A stretch of 63,194 nucleotides of DNA, the filler included, from Chiloscyllium plagiosum (lineage: Eukaryota), in the NCBI RefSeq assembly GCF_004010195.1. It is 5 parts of 5 records of this genome, joined end to end, with 100 filler letters (N's around TTAATTAATTAA, not from the genome) between each part and the next. Parts side by side here need not be neighbours in the genome. Positions count along the whole stretch, not along the records: positions 1 to 26,088 come from NW_025212331.1; positions 26,189 to 29,729 come from NW_025191536.1; positions 29,830 to 45,640 come from NC_057718.1; 2 more parts are not named here. The stretch is one strand, 5' to 3'. Position numbers and translations under genes: made by a program. The notes under the pieces are model-generated. The model saw nothing but the letters and a program-made list of their open reading frames with translations, made no database searches and had not been told where the DNA came from. Of the stretch, positions 24,221 to 37,397 are shown one piece after another (the stretch's first letter is position 1; each line of letters starts with the position of its first letter).

Positions 24221-26088
24221 AAGAGAGAGAGAGAAAATCGAGAATTTTTGACCAATTAAACAGACATCAGCAGTGGAGAAAGTTCATTTTAAAATATTTT
24301 ATTGCTTAGCTCTGAGAAAACAGTGACAGAATTGGACAGAGTCAGCATGGCATGTTGAAAGGGAAATCATGATTAACAACTCGACTGGAATTGATTGAGG
24401 ATGTTGCGAGTAGATTTGAGAAGGGAGAGCCAATGGATGTGGTTTGTTTGGACATTTGGAATGCTTTTGATAGGTCCAAGGTAAGATGTTAATCTGTAAA
24501 ATTAAGGCTCATGTGAGTGGGAGTAGCATTTGGACATGCAGAGAGAACTGGCCACCAGACAGGAAACAAAGAGTCGAAATACATAGGCCTTTTTCAGAAT
24601 GACAGGTAGTTACTAATGGGGTATCATAGGCCTGGATCCCAGCTATTCACAAATATACATCTGAATAATTTATAAGAAGGAACTTAAAATGATATCTCCA
24701 AGTGTGTAAATGGCACAAATCTGGGTGGAAGGGTGAGCTGTAAGGAGAAGGCAGAGATACCTCAGTGTGATTCGGAGAAGTTGAGAGAATTGCAGATGAA
24801 ATATAATGTGAGGGTACCCAGTTTAATAGTAAAAATGGGAAGGTAGATTGTTATCTGAATGGTGATAGATTTGGAACGTGGAGGTGCAATGAGACCTGGG
24901 TGTCCCTGTACATAGGTCGCTGAAAGTCAGTGTGCAGGAGCAGCAGGCAGTGAAGAAGGTAAATGGGATGTTGGCCTTCAGAGTGAGAGGATTCGAGTAC
25001 AAGAGCAGGAATGTCTTGATGCAATTGTACAGAGCCTTGGTGAGATCACACCTGGAGTATTCAATTCCAAATTGGCTCAGTGACAGGAAACAGGGGATGA
25101 GGCAGAAAGCTGTTTGTGTAACTGGAGTCCAGTGTGCTGTGGCATACTACAGGGGTCACTACTGGATCTCTTTTCAGTTGTGATATATAGAAACAATGTA
25201 GATGACAATGTGACGGGGGATGATAAGTAAGTTTGAAGATAACATGAAGAATGGCACAGTGAAAGAACGAGGTTGCAGGAGGATGTAACCGGATTGGTCA
25301 GACAGACAGATCAGAGGCAGATGGAATTTAACCCAGATAAGTGTGAGGTGGTGCATTTTGGAAAAAGGAACAAGACAAGGGACTCAATAAATAGCAGGAC
25401 TAGTTGGATTAAGATAAGCTTAAGAGTAAAAATGGTAGGAGATCCCAGACCTGTGTTATGCTCCTCTTGCTCAATGTTGGAACTCAGGGATGCAGCTGAT
25501 GTCCCTGATTCCTTCATGTGCAGGATGTGTGACCAGCTGCAGCTCCTGTTAGACCACATGATGGCTCTGGAGCTGTGGATGGACTCACTTTGGAGCATCC
25601 ACGATTCTGAGGGGGTCCTGGATAGCACATTTAGTGAATTGGTCACGCTGCAGATTAGGACTGCTGAGGGAGAATGGGAATAGGTGACCAAAAGGCAGAG
25701 AAAGAGCAGGAAGGTAGTGCAGGTCCCCTGCGGTCATCTCCCTCCAAAATAGGTCTACCGTTTTGGATCCTGTTGGGGGAGCTGGCTAACAAGGGGAAGG
25801 CAGCAGGAGCTAGGTTCATGACACCATGGCTGCACCTGCTGTACAGAAGGGCAGAAAAAAGTGTTGAAAGGCTATAATCATCAGGGATTTAATTGTAAGG
25901 GGGGTAGATCGGTGGTTCTGTGGTTGAAAACGAAACTCCAAATGGTATGTTGTCTCCCAGGTGCACAGGTCAGGGATGACTCTGATCGGCTGGAGGACAT
26001 TCTGAAGGGGGAGGGTGAACAGCCAGCTGTCATGGTGCATACAGACACCAATGATTTGGTAATAAATGGGATGGGGTCCTAAAATCAG
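23400..26088 (+). mobile_element. CR1 LINE fragments (RT pieces, then a separate ORF1 piece) with a SINE at about 23585-23820
   Basis: YRALVRSHLEY, QMEFNPDKCEVVHFG; ORF1 Cys-rich CSSC..CRMC and esterase-like CLPGAQVRD. Confidence 0.8.
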
Positions 26089-26188
26089 NNNNNNNNNNNN
26101 NNNNNNNNNNNNNNNNNNNNNNNNNNNNNNNNTTAATTAATTAANNNNNNNNNNNNNNNNNNNNNNNNNNNNNNNNNNNNNNNNNNNN
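26089..26188. other. Artificial contig-joining spacer
   Basis: 44 N + TTAATTAATTAA (stops in all six frames) + 44 N. Confidence 0.97.
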
Positions 26189-27140
26189 ATATCTTAGGCT
26201 TCCAGATGAAGTGGAAAATGGTTGGGTTGTCTGAAACTGAGATGGTTCAGGGAATGGGCCAGACATGCACCATGTCCAACAACAGAGAGGATACCTCAGG
26301 CTTGATGCCCAGGTTTTTACCCACAATATCGAGTGCGCAGCGTTCCCAAAAGACCAGTTCCTGCTTAATTTTGGTGCTGCGCTCCCCTCAACATTTTGTG
26401 CATACTCTGAGCACTTTCCGGTTATCTGTCCTGAAGCTGAAGGGAACGAAAGATCAGGCGGTCCAATTCCCAAAGAACATGGCCTCCATTCTTGCCTCGA
26501 TTTACTTTGGCTCCAGAGAGAGTTGAAACGAAACACCATCCGTGTACAGGGAGATTTTGACCTGCTGGCCTCCGCTGCCTGCAATAGTCACCCCTCTCAG
26601 GCTCACATTCTTCCTGGGGTACTCAGCAAAGGGCTGTACACAACACACGAGCAAGACCAGAGAGTAGGGACAGCCCTGCCCGACAGTGGATCTGATCAGG
26701 AGGCTTTCTGATTACCACCCATTGTCTGAGACTTCAATGACAATGTTGGTGCAGAGCAGTCAGATCCGTTTTCAGATTCCCTCCTGAAATCAATTTTTGG
26801 AGAGCACGTCTTGCATGTCGGTGTACGATATCCATCCCGTCATTGGCCTTCTCCTGGTCCGGGCTGGTGAGGCAGTTATACAACCCCATGTCCTCCGCTT
26901 AGGCGTTTGCATCCCTGAGGGGACTGAGGCACCCTGAAGTCCTTCTACCTGGTACGGCAGGGTGGATCTCGCTGACCTCTTTGGCGATGACCTCAGACAG
27001 GATCTTGTAGTCTGCATTCAGCAATGATATTGGCCAAAAGTTTCTAATTTCCTCCTGCTCCCCCTTCTCTGGTAGATGAAGGTGATGCTACCTTTCATCA
27101 TGGATTCGCACATGATACCTACCAGAAGCATAATGTAATC
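26189..27140 (-). mobile_element. Degraded Tx1/L1-clade LINE RT fragment
   Basis: The minus strand encodes WPISLLNADYKILSEVIA, an L1/Tx1-type RT motif. Confidence 0.65.
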
Positions 27141-27403
27141 AGTTTGAGGATTCACACAATTTCAAGTACACATCGATATTTCAGGATGAGTGTGGGGACA
27201 TTTCTCTGAGAGTAATCGCTGTGTGAAGAAAGCTTTGGTTACAATGCAGGTGGAACACATTCGGAAATCATTGGATGGTGCAAACGAATTTGAAATGCAG
27301 GATCTCATCTGTTCACATGTTCTACCGGGAAGGAGGGCAGACCTGTTTTCATTCAGCAGTATCCAGTGAACGATAATGAATAAATTGTTCAATTACGTGT
27401 ACA

Positions 27404-27422
27404 GGCCACTAGAGGGCAGTGC
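27404..27422 (+). promoter_or_regulatory. CTCF-binding consensus upstream of the TCR V gene
   Basis: GGCCACTAGAGGGCAGTGC, a close match to the CTCF core, about 160 nt before the ATG. Confidence 0.7.
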
Positions 27423-27582
27423 GAATCTGTGATCAATATTGAAAATGAGGGCTGGAGGAGGAGTGACCTTCCAGACATTGTGAGCAACTGTGAGGATCAG
27501 AGGCGTATTACAGAAACAAAAACTAAGACTCAGCTTCTTCTGCAGCTTTAACAGGAAGGCGGTTCTGAGTTAGACATAAAGC

Positions 27583-27596
27583 ATGCATTATTCCAG
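27583..27596 (+). CDS. Leader micro-exon of the TCR V gene (MHYS + AG)
   Basis: ATG CAT TAT TCC AG|GTATGT; phase 2, joins in frame to the acceptor tttcag|A at 27705. Confidence 0.7.
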
Positions 27597-27704
27597 GTAT
27601 GTACTCTTTTAAAAATAAAATTTCTCTCTGATTCCTCACTAGAGATACGTGCACAATTTCTTTCACCACTGTTCTTGCAATTTGATAATGTTCCAAATTT
27701 TCAG

Positions 27705-28021
27705 AATCCTCTTGATGTTTTCCACTCTGATGGCCACGGAGGTGACCGGAGAAGGTGAAGTGAAACAACTCCCCCGTTGGATGGTTGTTCGTGAAATGGG
27801 CATTGTGTCCATGAATTGCTCTTTTGCCAGAACAGCTATCAATGTGCGTTGGTATAGACAGCTCCCTGATCAGCCACCCCAGTATCTGGTGATGGCTAAA
27901 AGTGATGATGATCAGCCTAAGAGGATCACCGCTTCAATCAGTGGAGATTACAAAACCAGTACCCTGACTGTCAAAGACACCAGAATTAATGACACCGCCA
28001 CCTACCTCTGTGCAATGAAGG
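27705..28021 (+). CDS. Unrearranged T-cell receptor alpha/delta-type V segment (rest of leader + V)
   Basis: ILLMFSTLMATEVTG-EGEVKQLP..VSMNCSF..VRWYRQLPDQPPQYL..STLTVKDTRINDTATYLCAMK; both Cys and the Trp are present; ends at an RSS. Confidence 0.85.
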
Positions 28022-28060
28022 CACAGTGTCACAAACAGCTTGACAGCGTGTACTAAAACC
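28022..28060 (+). promoter_or_regulatory. 23-bp-spacer recombination signal sequence of the TCR V
   Basis: CACAGTG + 23 nt + ACTAAAACC. Confidence 0.95.
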
Positions 28061-29271
28061 TGCATAGATTGGGAGCTCCAATATGTTGATTTTGAAGTAT
28101 CTTTGTTACTAATTCTGTGCCCCAAAAGCCGAGATATGGGAGATGCGAACAAAATACATCAGAAAGTGTGGAGCAGCTAAAGTTAAAGATGGTCAGCAGT
28201 GAAGACAATTGGATATACGGATGGGGGTGAAGGAAGTGTATATTTGCAAATCAGAAAAATGATAGAGAGAAAAGAAAGTATAGAGATACTTTAATAATAC
28301 TTGCAGTGGGCAGTATGTTGGGAACCTGTTGAAGAAGAACTGGAAGCAAGTGAAAAATAACAAGCATGATGTGCAGAGGTGAAAGGTCATCTTAAATCAC
28401 AATAAAAGGAAACATGAAGAAAATATGATAGATTTTCCTTTAAAATGATGTTATCATCACTGGATGACCCAGTGTCAACACCCTGGGGGATTTAATGACA
28501 AATAACTTAACATGACTCACCACATAAACGCAATGGGTACAAGAGCAGGTCAGAGGCTCGGATTATTGTGGCGAGTAACGTACTTCCTGACTGCCCAAGG
28601 AGTGCCCACATTTACAAGGTACAATTTAGGAATTTGATGGCATACTCTATACCTGCCTGACTGTGTGCAGCCCCAACAATACTCAAGAATCTTGACACCA
28701 ACCAAGAAAAAACAGTCCATTTGATTAGCACAGCATCCACAGGCTTCCACTCCCTCCACTACCGCCACTCAGTGTGCACTACCTGCAAGTTTCACTGCAG
28801 AGGTTTACCAACGATCGTTCGAAAGTACCTTCCGAACCCACAAACACTTCCAGGGCCAGGAGATATATGGGAACACTACCACTTTCAAGTTCCCGTCGAA
28901 GCCAATCACCATCTTAACGCGGAAATATATCAGCGTTCCATCACTGTTGTTTATTGAAAATCCTGGAAATCCCTGCCCAATGGCATTATGCGTATACAGA
29001 CAGCACGTGGACTGCAGCGTTTCAAGACGGCACCTCGCTACAAAATCCTTAAAACATACTAGGAATGGGCAATAAATACTGGCAAGCCAGCGACGCCCAC
29101 ATCTCACAAATTGAAAAAAAAAGTTTTAGCACACTAAACATAGAATCCCGACAGAATGGCAGCAGGGTATTGGAACCATCGAGTCTCTGAAGGAAAACAC
29201 ACCCAAACTATCCCTGCATCTCCTCCTCTGGCTAATTCAGCTACACGTTTGGATTGTTGGACGATTCCAGA

Positions 29272-29729
29272 ACACCTGCAGGAAACTGACGCAGACGCAG
29301 GGAAAATGTGCAGACTGACACCTGAAGCTGAAATAGCACCTGGGTATTTGGTGCTGTTTGGCAGGAGTCCGAACAACTGAGCCACAATGCCATCATCTGT
29401 GGGATGCTTCCTGGAAATTCATGATTTGGTATTCCACTAACTCATGGAAAATGTGCAGACTGACACCTGAAGCTGAAATAGAACCTGGGTGTTTGCTGCT
29501 GTTTGGCAGCAGTCCGAACAACTGAGCCACAATGCCATCATCTGTGGGATGCTTCCTGGAACCTGCAGGAAACTGACGCAGACGCAGGGAAAATGTGCAG
29601 ACTGACACCAGAAGCTGAAACAGAACCTGGGTGTTTGCTGCTGTTTGGCAGCAGTCCGAACAACTGAGCCACAATGCCATCATCTGTGGGATGCTGCCTG
29701 GAAATTCATGATTTGGTATTCCACTAACT
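29272..29729 (+). repeat. Tandem repeat, three copies, period about 144 bp
   Basis: Core ggaaaatgtgcagactgacacc..gggatgcttcctggaa at about 29301, 29445 and 29588. Confidence 0.88.
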
Positions 29730-29829
29730 NNNNNNNNNNNNNNNNNNNNNNNNNNNNNNNNNNNNNNNNNNNNTTAATTAATTAANNNNNNNNNNNNNNN
29801 NNNNNNNNNNNNNNNNNNNNNNNNNNNNN
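29730..29829. other. Artificial contig-joining spacer
   Basis: 44 N + TTAATTAATTAA + 44 N. Confidence 0.97.
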
Positions 29830-30609
29830 GGAGGAAACCTACGAAGAACGTGCAAACTCCACACAGTCAGTCGCCTGAGGCAGGTATTGAACCCGGGTCT
29901 CTGGCACTGTGAGGCAGCAGTGCTAACCACTGTGCCACCGTGCCGCCCAAAACTTGCTACAACTGCACAGGGTGTGGCAGATAGTTCAATTGGAGTACTG
30001 TGCACAGTGTTGGCCCTTGTATGTTACAAAGGATTAGAGCGATTATTGAGAAGCGATTTTCGTTTCTAACACAGAGGAAGATTTTTGAAATATCGAGGAA
30101 TTGAAGAATTGAGGCGTTGGCATGAGTGAGGAATTGAGGCCTGGAGTAGACCAACCCTGATCTTGAATAATGGGACAATCTTCAGGGGCTGAATGGCCTA
30201 CTCCTGTTCCTATTTCTGAGGATCTTATGTCTGTGGATCTGCTTTCTTTCCTTTCAGTGTTGATGGTGTCCCATTTGAGGAATGACTGAATTTGTGATCT
30301 TGCTGCCCATGAATTCCTGGTCATTCTCCACAAACTAGTCTTGATAATTCTTGCTGGACAGCCCCCCGGTCTCTGCTCAGCAGCTGTTTCTGATGGATTT
30401 AGGGGTAGATCAGTTAGTGTGGATATTCTGTGGTCCCTGTTCATTCACCATCACCGCGTTGACTGTGAGATGCTGACTGATTAGGTCTTCCTTCACAAAG
30501 TCCTCAAGTCCATCAATACTGTATTTCCTCTGGGAGCATTTCCGTCTTTCCTCTGACACGGTACTTGCATTTCCTTTGGCAGTGGATCTGTATTTCCAGT
30601 GGCACTGAT

Positions 30610-33600
30610 GGAGTCATACAGCATGGAAACAGACCCTTCAGTCCAACAACTCCATGCTGACCAGAATCCCAAATAAACTAAACTCACCTGCCTGAACTTG
30701 GCCCATATCCCTCAAAACATTGATTATTCATATGTTTGCCCAAATGTCTTTTAAATGGTATAATTGTACCCACATTCACAACTTCCTCTGGAAATTCATT
30801 CCACACACGGAACACTCTCTGTACAAAACAGTTGCCCCTCATGTGTTTTTTAAATTTTTCTTCTCTCACCTTAAAAATTTGCCCTTTGGTGTTGATATCC
30901 TCTGCTCCAAGGGAAAAGACACCTGCCATTCCCCTTATCTATACTCCTCATGATTTTGTAAATCTCAATAAGGTCACCCCTCAACCTCCTAAACTTCATT
31001 AAGAAAAGTACCAACCTATTCAGCCTCTCCATATAATTCAAACCCTCCATTCCTGGCAACATCCTGGAAAATCTTTTTGAACTTTCTCAAGTTTAACAAT
31101 ATCCTCCTTATAACAGGGTGACCATAACTGCACATAGCATATCACAAGAGGTCTCACCAACAACCCGTATAACATCAACATGATGTCCCGTGTCCCAATT
31201 CAATACTCAAAAATATGACCAACGAAGGCAAGTGTTCTCAATGCCTTCTTAATTATCCTGTCTATATGTGATGCAAACTTTGAAGAATTATGTGTTATCT
31301 CTGTTCCAAAGCACTACTGAAGGCTCTAGTTTTAATTCTATAAGTCCTGACCTTGTTTGCTTTACCAAAATGCTGTACCCTGCATTTATCCAAATTAAAC
31401 TCAATCTGCCACTGGTCAGCCCTTTGACCCAAATTATCAAGATCTCTTTGCAATCACAGATAACCTTTCTCACCGATTTTGGTGCCATTTGCAAACTTAC
31501 TGACCATGCCTTACTGACCATTTATTTAAAGAGAGCCCAGCAGTGATCCCTGTGGATCATTAATTGTCACAGACATCCAATCCAAAAACAACACACTACC
31601 ATCACCCTTTGTCTCCTGCTGTTAAGCCAATTTTGTATTTAATTGGCAAGCTCACCCTGAATCCCATGTGATCTAACTTTAGTCTGTTAGTCTACCATGA
31701 AGAATCTTGACAATGCCTCCCACTCTGGCCTCAACAATCTTCTTGGTTACTTCCTCAAAAAACTGAATTCCCTCGCACAAAACCATGCTGACTATCCTAG
31801 TCATTCCTTACCTCGCCAATGCATAAAAATCCTACCTTTCGGAATCATTTCCAGCAACTTACCTACCAATGGAGTCAGACTCACAGGTCTATAATTCCCA
31901 GTTTCTCCTTACATTCCTTCTTAAACAATGGCACAACATCAGCTATTCTCCAGTCATCTTGCTCTCCATCCATAGTTATAGATGATACAAATATAAATGC
32001 AAAGGATCTGACAATTTCCTCCCTAACTTCCCACAATGTCCTGGCATACACTGGATCAGGTCCTGGAGATTTATCCCCCTTTATATTTTCTAAGACCTTC
32101 ACCACTTTGTCTTCTGTAATGTGAACTATAGAGTCCTACAGCACTGCGCCAGGGCTTCGGCCCACACTGATCCATGCTGACCAAAATGTCCATCCACGCT
32201 AATCCCATTTCCCTGCAATTGGCCCATATCCTTCTAAACCTTTCTTATCCATGTATTTATTCTTTGCCTTTTAAATTTATTAATGCACCTGCCACAACAC
32301 TTCCGCTGGCAGCTCATTCCATATGCGTACCAACGTCTGTGTCAAAAAAGTTGCTCCTCAGGTTCCCTTTTATTCTTTCCCTTCTAACCTTAAACAGATG
32401 CCCTCTAGTCCTCAATTCCCCAATCCGGGAAAAAAGACTGTGTGCATTCACTATACCCATGCTTCTCATGATCTTATACTCTTCTGTAAGATTACCCTTC
32501 AGCATTATACGCTTTAAACAAAAAGGTCCTAGCTTGTCTCACCTCTGCGTAAGACTCACGCTGTTGAGTCGTCATAAATTTATTTTCCTGTTTAATAACA
32601 TCCTTCCGATAGCAAGGTGACCAAAACGGAACACAGTACTCCAACACAATACAGCCTCATCAACGTCCTGTATAATTGCAATGTAACTTCCCAATTTCTA
32701 TACTCAGTGCCCTGACTGATGAAGGCCAGTGTGCCTAAAGCCTTCTTCACTGCCTTGTCTACCTGTGACCTCCATTTTCAGAGAAAAACTTTCAAATTCA
32801 TTTTCAAACTGTTTTCAAAACATCAATATTTGTTTCCCTGAGTTCTCTAACCCTCCACTTCTTTCTCCACAGTAAAACTGACGTGAAATATTCATGTAAC
32901 GTCTCTCTCATTTCCTGAGGTTCACACAAAGATGTCCTCTTTGATATTTCAGGGCCCAACTCCCTCTCCAGCTGTTCTCGTGCTCTTAATGTACTTGTAG
33001 AATCTCTTTGGATTATCTTTAACATTAATTGCTAAGACTACCTCATATCTTCTCTTGCCTTCCTGATTTCCCTCGTAAGAATGCCTCTACACTCTTTCTG
33101 CTATCCAAGACTCATACAATCAAAGATGCATGGCACAGAATCAGACAATTCAGTCCATGCCTACCATATATCCTAAATTAATCTAGAATTTGCCAGCATT
33201 TGGCTCATACTCTCCTATTCTCTTCCTATTCATATACCCATCCAGATGCCTTTTAAGTGTTGCAATTATACCAGTCTCCACCACTTCCTCTGGCAGTTCA
33301 TTCCATACATGGACCACGATCTGAGTGAAAAAGTTGCCCCTTAGGTCAGAATTAGAATCCCTACAGTGTGGAAATAGGCCCTTACCCAACCCTTTAAAGA
33401 GTAACACACCCAGACCCATTCCCCTACATTTACCCCTGACTAATGCACCTAGCCCACACATCCCTGAACACTATGACAATTTAGTATGACCAGTTCACCT
33501 AATCTGCACAATTTTGGATTATGGGAGGAAACCAGAGCATCTGGAGGAAACCCACACAGACACAGTGAGAATGTGCAAATTCCACACAGACAATCACCCG

Positions 33601-34690
33601 AGGCTGGAATCGAACCCGGGTCCCTGGCACTAGGAGGCAGCTGTGCTAACCATAGAGCCACCATGCCACCCTAACTTTTACTCCTATCTAAAAGGTCCCT
33701 CTTAACTCTTTCCGCTCTCACCTTAAACCTATGCCCTCTAGTTGTGGATTCCCCTGCCGTAGAAAAAAGACCCTCATGATTTTATAAACCTCTATAAGGT
33801 CACCCCTTAGCCTCCAACGTTCGAGGGAAAATAGCCCCAGCCTATTCAGCCTCTCCCTCTTGTTCAAACCCTCCGATCCAGGCAACATCCTTGTAAATCT
33901 TTTCTGAACACTTCCAAGTTTAACATCTTTCCTGTAGAAGGGAGACCAGAACTGAATGCAATATTCCAAATGTGGTCTAATGAATGTCCTGTCTAGCTGC
34001 CACATGACCTCCCAACTCCTATGCTCAATGCACTGACCAAGAGATTCATTTGAATTCAGTGGTCTTTATCTAATGTACAATTCTTTTTTGTTGACTACAG
34101 CCTCAAGATGTTTATTCATCCATTGTTCCCTAATCCTATCAGCCTTGGTCTTTCACTCAAACAGGAACATAATGACTCTGAATTCTTGAAATCACACTTT
34201 TGAAAGCCTCCCACTTACCTGACGTCCTTTTACGTCAGGACGTCTACTCCAATCAATTTTTGAAATATTTTTGTCTCATACCATTAAAATTTGCCTTTGT
34301 CCAATTAAAATCTTTAAATTTTGTGAAAAGGCTTATCCTTTTCCATAATTATTTTAAACAAATATATTTATGATCACTCAACCCAAAGTGTTCCTTTACT
34401 ATCACTTCAGTTTTTGCCCTGTCTTATTATCCAAGACAAGGTCAAGTAATGCTCCATATCTAGTTGGAACATTTATATATTGGTAAAGAAAATTTTCATG
34501 AGCACATTACCAAAATTCTTCACCATCCAAATCTTTAATGCTCTGCTGGGCCCAGGCAATTTGTGGAAAATTAAAATCACCCATTACTTCAACCTAATTA
34601 TTCTTACATGTCTCTGAGATCTCTCCACACATTTGTTCCTCAATTTTCCTCTGATGACAGGGGGGGCCTAAAGACCAATCCTATCAAGGT
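30610..34690 (-). mobile_element. Nested CR1 LINE copies with a SINE at about 33345-33672
   Basis: KSPGPDPVY, DWRIADVVPLFKK, RPHLEYCIQFWSP, RLRGDLIE motifs. Confidence 0.85.
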
Positions 34691-35055
34691 CATTCGCCAA
34701 AAACGGATACCCGCGCAATTTCGTCAACAGATGCCTAAGAGAAAGACAACGGAACGAGGACATGCCGCAACCCAAAGGACTAGCCACACTACCAAACGTC
34801 AAGAACATCTCTGAAATGACAGCCAGACTACTGCGACCACTAGGACTTATAACAGCACACAAACCAACAGCCTCCCTCAGACAACAACTCACCAGAATGA
34901 AGGACCTGATACCCAGCATGAGCAAAACTAATGTAGTGTACAAAATCCCATGCAAGGACTGCACAAAACACGATATAGGACAAACAGGAAGACAGCTAAC
35001 GATCCGCATCCATGAACATCAATTAGCCACGAAACGACATGACCAGCTATCCCAG
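34690..35055 (+). mobile_element. Penelope-like element, GIY-YIG endonuclease fragment
   Basis: NVVYKIPCKDCTKHDIGQTGRQLTIRIHEH. Confidence 0.85.
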
Positions 35056-37098
35056 AACCACAACAACGTCATCGTCCCTTTTATATTTCTAATTTCAACC
35101 CATATACTATCAGTGGATGATTTTTCAGAAATATCTTCTTGAGTTACAGCAATAACATTCCTGTATTTCCTTCTGCAGTGTCTCTGTATTTCCTCTGGTG
35201 GTGTTTTTGTTGCTGCTGCCAGTTTCAGGCCAGGCCGATGGAGATGGGAGACTGGGTTCGGAGATGTGCCATCTAACACTCATAAGCATGAGTCCTGGGG
35301 TGGGTGATGCCAGCATCCTTACAGCCCCTCACCAGTTGGATAATGTGCACAAGCAGATACCAGTGCCTGGAGCAGGCTGTTTGCCATGAAGTCTCATATT
35401 TGTCTCTTTGACAAAGTAAGGCACATGTTATCACCAGGCTACATTCACCTAATTTAGTCAGGAGGAGGACTCTGTTGCTATTTGCCTTCCCCACTCCTTC
35501 CTTGCCAGTCAGACTTCTCCAGAGTGAAAGTCATTGGTGAAGCAGCTGAAGCTGGTTGGGCCATAGGGCTAAAGGGAGCTGCACTGCTCCTGGCTGAGCT
35601 CACCCTGCTCTTCATTTGGAGGTTTTACTCATCCACCACAACAGGAACCATTCACTAACCCACACCTCCTCTGACCCCTCCCAAGTTGCAGCCCTCAAGC
35701 CCTCGACCGTATGCCTCTCAGATGACGCAGTCCAAGTGTAATGAGGCAGACTTGGTTCAGGAGGGTAAGATCAAGGAACCCCCAAGGAACCAGTGACCAT
35801 GATACGATCAAATTCACATGGCAGTTTGAGAGGGAGTTGTTTGAATCAGCTGAGTAAAGGTAACAACAAAGACATGAAGGAGTAGCTGACTGGAGTTGAT
35901 TGGAAAGGAAGCCCATCAGGGAAAGTGCTGGAACAGCAACAGCAAGAGTTTCTGAGGTTAATTTTGGAGGCACAGCATACATTCATCCATAGGAAGAAGA
36001 AACATACTAAGAGGAGGAAGTCAGCGACAGCATAAAAGCAAAATTAAAATGGGGTTAACAATTAGTGAGAAGCCTGTAAAAAACAGCTGATGTTAATCAT
36101 AAAAGCAATGTGGGGAGGGAGGATGAAATATGAGAGTAAGCTAGCTAGTACATAGAACATACAACTGTACAGCACAACAATGGGCCCTTCGGCCCATCAT
36201 GTTGCACCAAACATGATGCCAAATTAAACTAATCCCTTCTGTCTGCCCTCCATTCCTTGTATTTCATGTGCTTCTCTAAAATGCCCTCAGTAATAAATCA
36301 ATAATAAGCCCCTTAATAATATAAGAAGAAGATTGCAAGAATTTTCTTTTAGATATCTAAAAGGAAAGAGAGGGGCAAGGATGGTCATGCACCATTAAGC
36401 TGGGGATGTAATAAAGGGAGATGAAGAAATGGCAGAGGAATTGACTAGACAGCTTGTATCAATGAAAGACACCAGCAGCACACCAGAGCTTCAACAGAAT
36501 CAGGGCAGAGGGGTGAGTGACATCATTAAGGAGAAGGTGCTGGGGAAGTGGAAAGGTCTGAAAGTGGATAAATTACCCGCACCAGATGGACAATACCTCA
36601 GGGTTCTGAAAGAGATAGCTGAGGAGAATGAAGAGGCATGGATGGTGATCATTCAGGAATCACAGGAGTCAGGGACGATCCCAGAGGACTAGAAAATCAC
36701 TAATGTAACACCCCTGTGATAAAGACAGTTTCTTAATGAGTAAGGGGATCAAGAATTATAGGGAGAAAGCATGAGAATGGGATTGAGAAACATATCAGCA
36801 ATAATGGAATGGCAGAGCAGACTCAATGGACCAAATGGCCTTACTCTGCCCTTTTTTTCATGGTCTTATTGTGAGTCCCACTCCACAGCCTTGAGCACAA
36901 AATACTCTCTGAAGCTGTCGGTTCGTACAATGTCTCGTGAAAGGGTAAAGCTCATGAGTTGTCGAAAATAATTTGGTTTCTAATTAGTGACTGGAATCCA
37001 GAACAATTGTCATCATGGCATTGTTTCCAGAAGATTGTTTTTGAGGTTTCTCATCTGTTCTGATCTCAGTTATTTTCTATTCACAGATCAGGATACAT

Positions 37099-37394
37099 TA
37101 GATTAGATTACTTTACAGTGTGGAAACAGGCCCTTCGGCCCAACAAGTCCACACCGACCCGCCGAAGCGCAAACCACCCATACCGCTTACACTAAGGACA
37201 ATTTAGCATGGCCAATTCACCTGACCTGCACATCTTTGTGACTGTGGGAGGAAACCGGAGCACCCGGAGGAAACCCACGCAGACACGGGGAGAATGTGCA
37301 AACTCCACACAGTCAGTCACCTGAGGTGGGAATTGAACCCGGGTCTCTGGCGCTGTGAGGCAGCAGTGCTAACCACTGTGCCACCGTGCCGCCC
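37099..37394 (-). mobile_element. Full-length HE1-type SINE inserted into the 5' end of VJ exon 1
   Basis: Complete reverse-complement SINE flanked by duplicated GATACAT; absent from the paralogous exon at 39844. Confidence 0.93.
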
Positions 37395-37397
37395 CAG

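Noticed and set aside
29272-29729. Repeat array with alternating inserts as CRISPR-like
   Set aside because: Vertebrate DNA, units over 100 bp, and the inserts themselves repeat; it is an ordinary tandem repeat.
35198-35389. Possible leader exon for the VJ-exon array (VFLLLLPVSGQA)
   Set aside because: No ATG and no suitably placed splice donor; not supportable.
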